64,000 bases of DNA from Dictyostelium discoideum. Its lineage: Eukaryota. Numbering within the stretch: the first letter of the stretch is position 1; every line of letters starts with the position of its first letter. The notes under the pieces are model-generated. The model was not told the DNA's origin. It did not search any database and saw only the letters and a program-made list of their open reading frames with translations. Positions 57,144-64,000 of the stretch are shown piece after piece. The DNA lies in contig CM000154.2 of the NCBI GenBank assembly GCA_000004695.1, forward strand, positions 1 through 64,000, in the 5' to 3' direction. The position numbers were made by a program, and so were the translations under genes.

Positions 57144-57146
<3 letters not shown>
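54882..57146 (-). CDS. cdh1: Cdh1/Fizzy-related APC/C coactivator (WD40), single exon, with a long poly-Asn/Thr N-terminal region.
   Basis: C-box GDRFIP. WD40 domain nearly identical to human FZR1 ([81 protein letters not shown]). Terminal ...LDIR (IR tail). Confidence 0.9.
56478..56544 (-). repeat. (AAT)n poly-Asn coding repeat inside cdh1 (ATT on plus).
   Basis: Direct reading. Confidence 0.9.
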
Positions 57147-57188
<42 letters not shown>

Positions 57189-57366
57189 CCTGTTTTGTTA
57201 CAAAAAAGTAAACAGATAATTTTTTTTTTTTTTTTTGAATATTTATATTTTGTATTTAATAATTTTTTGATAAAAAGTGAAAAAAAGAAAAATATGAAGG
57301 GGTTTTTTCCTTTAATTATTAAAAAAAAAAAAAATGGAAAAATTGGAAATTAAATTAAATTTTTTT

Positions 57367-57415
<49 letters not shown>

Positions 57416-58158
57416 TTATTAATTAAATAAAAAAAAAAAAAAATAGATATACTGAAGTTTTTATTATTACTGTTTAGGAATTATTTTTATTATTTTTTTT
57501 TTCTTTTTTTTTTTTTTTTAATATTATTGTTTGTAATTTTTTATTATTTTTATTATTATTATTATTATTATTATTTAAATGTTTTTTTTTTATCTGTATA
57601 TGAAAAGGCACAATAAGGTGGTGAAATATCTTGTTTTGAGGTGTTCACTATATCTTTGAAAATTGTAAAAAAATTTAAAAAAAATAAAAAAAAAAAATAA
57701 AAAAATTAAAAAAAAATAAAAAAAATTTAATTTCAAATATTGATATGGTAGACCACAAAAAAAATAAAAAAAAAAAAAAATATAAAAAAAAATAAAAAAA
57801 AAAAATAAAAAAAAAAAATAATTGAAAAAAAAAAAAAAAAAATCAAATAAATAATTTAAATTTAATTTAATAAACAGTTCAATAAAAATAGTAATTTAAG
57901 ATTATTTATTATATTAAAATCTTCTTTTTCCTTTAATTTTTTATTTTATTATTTTTCACAGATTTTATTATAAATAATAATAAATTGTTATCTAAAATAA
58001 GTGAAAAGAAGAAAGTAGAAATACTTTTTAAATTAATATTAATCTTTATTATCTAATCATTTACTTTTTTATATAAATTTAGAATCCCATAATGATCATT
58101 GGTCAGGTTTTTTTTTTTTTTTTTTTTTTTAAGATTTTAATATTGGTTTAAACATTTT

Positions 58159-58193
<35 letters not shown>

Positions 58194-58444
58194 AATTTTT
58201 ATAATATTATGGTCGATTTTGAATTCTATCAAAGGACATCTTTCGGTAAAGAAAATATCATTTGATATAAAAAAACCTCTTTATCATATTTTAATCCATA
58301 AAAAGAGATTTTTTTTTAAAATCTAATAATTTCCCTAAACTTTTTTTTCAAAAAAAAAAATATTAAATTAAATTTTGTTCCCTTAACTTTTTGAAAAAAA
58401 AAAAAAACAAAAAAAAAAAAATAAAAATTTCCATTCCAAACCAA

Positions 58445-58478
<34 letters not shown>

Positions 58479-58744
58479 CTCCAAACAATGTTTCATATTT
58501 TCATTTTTTTTATTTTCATTTTTTTTTTTTTTATTAAAAAGAGTAACAATATGGTAAAAAAAAAAGATTTCCTTTAAAATTTTAAACTATTTAAAAAAAA
58601 AAAAATCATTTTCTTAACCACAAGGATTATTAATAATTAACCAATAAAAATAAATAAAAATAAAAAATAAAAACAAATAGAATCAAAGTACTATAATTTT
58701 ATAAAAATAAAAATAAAAATAATAATAAATAATAATAAATAAAA

Positions 58745-59640
58745 ATGGATTTTAAAAATAATAATAACAGTAATAATGATTATGATTTTTCATTATTAAT
58801 TTTAAAAGATAAAAAAGTGAATATTGAATTAGAATGGCCATTTCAAGTGAATAAAATATCAGATGCTTATAAGAATAAAAAAATTGATAGAGAAACTTTA
58901 ATAAAACATTTAAATATTTTAGTTGGTGATAAAACTGATTATTATTTAAAGATAATTGAAGAAAATCCTGAAGTTTCTTCACTACCAATAGATTTTAATT
59001 TACAAGCTACTCTATCAAGAACTCAAGAATTATTTGATGAATATCAAAAAACAATTCAACTTTTACAAATTCAAAATAAACAACAACAACAACAGCAACA
59101 GCAACAACAACAACAACAGCAACAACAACAACAAAATCAAAAACAAAATAATCAACAAAAAAATCAACAAAATAAATCTACAACAACAACATCATCATCA
59201 AAAATATCGACAAATTCACCAAATATAAATCAAAATGATTTATGTTGTAAATGTAAATCAATTTTTGGTAAAGAAGTTTATCAATTCAATTTATTTGAAT
59301 ATTTAGGAAAATATAGTAATGATCATAAAATGACTGATTATTGCACTGAAGCATGCTGTTTTCATATTGTTAAAAAGTATCAAGAAGTTATTGAATATGC
59401 AAATAACAGAATATTCTTTTATAAATCTTTAAAAACTGAAAATGGATGTTACAATGGTTGTAATGTTGGATTTGTTGAATTTTATCAATATATAAATTGT
59501 TTAATTCCTTCAATTGCTCCATTATTTAAAAAGGTATTATTTAAAATAATAATTTTATTTTTTAATAATAATAAAAAAAAAAAAAAAAAAAAAAACCACT
59601 ATATTAATTCTATTTTACTTTTTTTTTTTTTTTTCCATTT

Positions 59641-59673
<33 letters not shown>

Positions 59674-59872
59674 CCATCCAAATTTAAAAATAAAATAATA
59701 AAATTATTTAATTAAAATAAAGGTTGAAGATTCTATTAAATTTAAAATAAGAAATAAAAAATTAACAATTAATAAAGAAACTACAAATAATCAATCACTT
59801 TATGGTTTGTATTGGTCTACAAATAATATGATATCTTATGAAATCAATTCAAATACTCCCATTGAAGAATAA
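58745..59872 (+). CDS. Hypothetical protein with poly-Gln and a Cys-rich C-terminal region (CCKCKS...CTEACCFH...CYNGCNVGF): join(58745..59533, 59723..59872).
   Basis: Donor AAG|GTATTA at 59534. A 189-nt AT-rich intron, acceptor aaataaag at 59721-59722, phase 0. Exon 2 VEDSIKFKIRNKKLTINKETTNNQSLYGLYWSTNNMISYEINSNTPIEE*. Confidence 0.55.
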
Positions 59873-60362
59873 ATATTATATATATATTGATATACCAAAA
59901 AAATGTAAATAATTAAGTAAAATAAATGTAAATAAGATTTGTATACATCATGTTTATTATTTTTAATAATTTTGAGTTTTAACGATATAAATTATTATCA
60001 GTAAGGGTGGTTTATTTATATTTTTTTCTTTTTTTTTATTCCAATGTTTATAAAAAATTAAATAATTAAAAAGAGTTTAAAAAAAAAAAATAATAATTTT
60101 CCAAGGAAATAAAAAAACAATAACAATGAAAATTTATTTAAAAAAAAAAAAAAAAATAAGGCGATCATCATAATTTGAATTGTTTTAATTTCTTTTTTTA
60201 ATAATTTTTAATTTTTATTTTTAATTTTTATTTTTAATTTTTTTTTTTTTTTTTCAACTTTTTTTTTTTTAATCTTCAACTTTTTTTTTTTTTTTTTTTT
60301 TTTAATTTTTCATTTTCACAAATTATTCACAAAATAGAAATCATAATAGAAAAAAAAAAAAG

Positions 60363-60874
60363 ATGTCGACTTTAGAATCGCAACAACAAAATCTTTCAGC
60401 ATTACAAAGATTAGATAGTAAGATATGTGGTGTTTTAGGAACATCAACACATGTAACTGCCTATAAATTTGATGAATCTGTTAAACAATGGGTAATTTAT
60501 TTATTTTTTTATTAATATTTTTAATTATATATATAAATAATAATACTAACATTTAAGGATTTATATAAAAATTTTTAGTTTAGAAAAGATATAGAAGGTT
60601 CATTATTTATAGTGAACACAACAGAATATCCATATTGTAAATTAATTGTAATGAATAGATTAAGCACAAAGAATTTAGTAGAAGAGATTAATGAAAAGAT
60701 TGTTATTAGAATTCAAGGTCAATATTTAATATATAAAAATAAAAGTGGTGAAATCAATGGTATTTGGTTTTATGAAGTAACTGATCAAGAAAAGATTTAT
60801 AATTTATTAAAAGATCTTCAAAGGAATCCACCACAACCACCACAAATACAACAACAACCACAACCACAACAACC

Positions 60875-60908
<34 letters not shown>

Positions 60909-61526
60909 CCACCACAACCACAACAACAACCACCACAACAAATGCAACAACAACCTCCAGGTACTATGTCACCACAAGGTATGATACCACCTCCAGGTTT
61001 TATAATTCCACAAGGTGGTATACCTCCTCATCCACAATTTATGCCTCAATCTCATGTTTATCCATATATGATGCAACCACAACAAATTCAACCAAATTAT
61101 AATAATAATAGTAGTAATAATAATAATAATAATAATAATAGTAGTAATAATAACAGTAGTAATAATAATAATAGTAATCCACCAACACCAAACAAACAAA
61201 ATATAAATGATACACCAATTACGCCAAATACAATAATAAATCAAATTCAACAAAATTCAACCCAATCAAACAATAGTAATAATATCAATAATAATAATAA
61301 TAGTAATAATATCAATAATAATAGCAAAACTACTCCATATTCAACCACTCCACAACAATTATCACCAACAATTAAAAAAGAAGTACCACTATTATCAGTA
61401 TTAATGAATTCAGTTGTAGTTAAAGAGAATACAATAACAAAAGATCAAATTAGAGAAACCTTAAAAAGATTAGTGAATGATGAAAACTTTATTGATTTAG
61501 TTTATAACTCTTACATTAATGAATAA
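60363..61526 (+). CDS. mRNA-decapping enzyme subunit 1 (DCP1, EVH1-like) with a Pro/Gln-rich tail: join(60363..60491, 60579..61526).
   Basis: Exon 1 MSTLESQQQNLSALQRLDSKICGVLGTSTHVTAYKFDESVKQW|GTAATT. The 87-nt intron has a taatactaac branch-like motif and a tttttag acceptor. Exon 2 FRKDIEGSLFIVNTTEYPYCKLIVMNRLSTKNLVEEINEKIVIRIQGQYLIYKNKSGEINGIWFYEVTDQEKIYNLL resembles the Dcp1 EVH1 domain. Confidence 0.7.
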
Positions 61527-61592
61527 ATTTGTAATTGTTTTTTAAATAACCAAATAAAATAAAATAGAATAAAAATAAATTAATGATTTCAT

Positions 61593-61627
<35 letters not shown>

Positions 61628-61688
61628 TTTAGAATATTCATTCTTATTATTAATATTATTGTTATTTTATTTTAATTTTTTTAATTTT

Positions 61689-63115
61689 TTAATTATTTAT
61701 TGGACCAATTAAAATTGCTTTTACCATTGAACCTTTTTCTAAATGACCATGTTTTTGAGGTAATACTAATAAAGCATTTGCTTGTTTTAAACTTAGTAAA
61801 CGACAAGATGCTTGTGAACCAGTACTTTTTGAGACAAAACAATGCTCTTGGAAATCCCATTCTATAGTACAACGATGATATTCTGGTCTTTCATGATCCA
61901 ATTGAATTCTATCCAATAGTTTAACTTCAACACATGGTAAATTCAATTGTGAACCATTATTTTTAATTCCAAATCCACCTAATTTACGAAGTGCAGGTAC
62001 GACGAATAAATAAAATGTTACAACTGTACTAACTGGATTACCTGGTAATGAAAATACTAAAGTTGTTTTCTTCTTCTTCTCCTCCTCTTGATTATTATTA
62101 TCGGTAGTAGTGGTGGTTATAGTTGAAAATGTTAAAGGTTTACCAGGTTTCATATTTACTCTACCAAAATGAACGGTACCAATTTTTTCTAATAATGGTT
62201 TAACTAAATCTAAATGACCCATTGAAACACCACCACTTGTAATGATGATATCAGATTTCTTTGAGCAATCTAATAGAGTGTCTTTTAAATTCTCCAATTT
62301 ATCAGGTATAATACCAACGAGGTTAATATTATCTCTTGAACAACATTCACCGAAATGATTTGAAATCTCTTGAAGAATAGTTGCTAAAGTTGGTGAATTA
62401 CTATCTCTAATGATACCACTCTTCATTGAATCACTCTTACTTTGATAATCTGTTAATTCATCACCAGTTGAAATGATTGAAATACTTGGTAACTTTGGAC
62501 AATGAACCCATTGAATACCAAGTGTTGCCAATAAACCAATCTCTGCACAACCAATTTTATCACCTTTATTCAATACAATCGTACCAGATGCTATATCACT
62601 ACCAATCTCTCTAATGTCTTGACCAGGTTTACATGTTACTTCAATACTAACCATATTTTCACCAATCATCTCTGTTTCTTCAATCATTACAACTGAATCA
62701 TAACCATCTGGTATCTTTGCACCAGTAGTAATACGTACACAATATTTTTCATTATCATCATCATTAATAGAATTAGTTGGTTGTTGTGGTTGTGGTGGTA
62801 TTAAATTTTCACCAGTATTACCAGCAACTGAATCACCTAATAATCTATATTTACCAATACCATCTTTTGATCTAATTGCATAACCATCCTTTATTGATGC
62901 TCTAAAATTTGGAAATGGTTCAACTGATGATATATCTTCACCTAAAATTCTACCTAATGATTTTGTAATTTCAACTTTTTCTAATTCATTATTAATATTA
63001 TCACATTGTTCTAATATTATTTTAATAGCTTCATCAACTGGTGTCATATTATAACTTGAGCCTCTTTTACCTGATCCACCACATGAATGATGATGATGAT
63101 GATGATGATTATGAC

Positions 63116-63167
<52 letters not shown>

Positions 63168-63844
63168 TTGATTATTTTGATTAATAATTAAATTTGAATC
63201 AATTTGTGAATTTTTAATATAATCTTTTGATCTATGAGATTCTGGTAATGATGATTTTGGTTTTGAATTAATTAAACCAATTGCATGAGGAATTGCAGGT
63301 AAAACAACACCTAAATTTTCACGAATTGCTTTAACACTACCAGGTAGAGTGATGATAAGAGTTTGGTCACGAATACCTGCTATTGGACGTGATAACATTG
63401 CATGTGGTGTAATATCTAAACTTGTTTTTAACATTGCAATTTCAATACCTTTAGTTCTACGATTTAATAATGGTTTAATTGCTTCTGGTGTAACATCACG
63501 TGGTGTAAATCCTGTACCACCAGTAGTGAGAATTAATTTATATTTTAAATGAGTCCATTGAGTTATCATTTGTTGAATATGTTCAATTTCGTCTGGTACA
63601 ACTTTATAAACTGTAATAACATTGATTGAACAACTCTCTCCCATCATTTGTTTCAATTGATTCTTTATGATTGCAACAATCTCTGGTCCTGATTGATCAA
63701 TTGCAATACCTTGACTAACTCTATCACTTGTTGTTAAAACACCAACTATCCATTCTTCTTCTTTTTTACCACTCTCTTTTTCATTCAATTGTGCTGCTGT
63801 TGGTGAATTAGTTATATTTCTTTCGGTTGTTAATGTATTTGACA

Positions 63845-63845
<1 letters not shown>
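61689..63845 (-). CDS. Gephyrin (molybdenum cofactor biosynthesis MogA/MoaB G-domain plus MoeA E-domain).
   Basis: G-domain VGVLTTSDRVSQG...LILTTGGTGFTPRDVTPEA...LSRPIAGIRDQTLIITLPGSVKA aligns with gephyrin. E-domain ...SGGVSMGHLDLVKPLL...VNMKPGKPLTFS...LPGNPVSTVVTF. The frame upstream of the ATG at 63845 stays open through (AAT)n to the window end. Confidence 0.9.
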
Positions 63846-63899
<54 letters not shown>

Positions 63900-64000
63900 T
63901 CCTTTTTTAGTGTTATTGTTTTCACTGTTATTTACACTCTCACCCTTATTATTATAATTATTATTATTATTAACAGTATCAGTACTTTTTTGACCCCCAA

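Overview
The window is extremely AT-rich eukaryotic nuclear DNA with the hallmarks of Dictyostelium discoideum. Genes are compact, (AAT)n/(CAA)n/(GAT)n microsatellites sit inside coding regions as poly-Asn/Gln/Ser tracts, introns are short AT-rich GTAAGT...AG, homopolymer runs are long, and the one tRNA gene is flanked by retroelement-like relics. There are no CRISPR arrays or prokaryotic defence systems. I resolve about 27 protein-coding genes. Many ORF-track fragments are exons of spliced genes that I joined by eye using canonical GT..AG sites, phase consistency and conserved motifs. Confident calls are a HECT E3 ligase (TRIP12/UFD4-like), type III DnaJ, thioredoxin, secreted GMC oxidoreductase, GH38 alpha-mannosidase, MESH1/HDDC3, glycine dehydrogenase P-protein, kynurenine aminotransferase, Cdh1/Fizzy-related, gephyrin, a Rab11-like GTPase and tRNA-Lys(UUU). 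Less certain protein-coding calls are gemin2, DCP1, a G-patch protein, an ArAE/FUSC-like transporter and an EGF/LRR type-I membrane protein. The non-genic calls are TRE5-like and TRE3-like relics flanking the tRNA, a ~30-bp inverted-repeat hairpin, and a palindrome cluster. All homology calls rest on motifs I recognise by eye; no searches were run, and exon boundaries are unchecked models.
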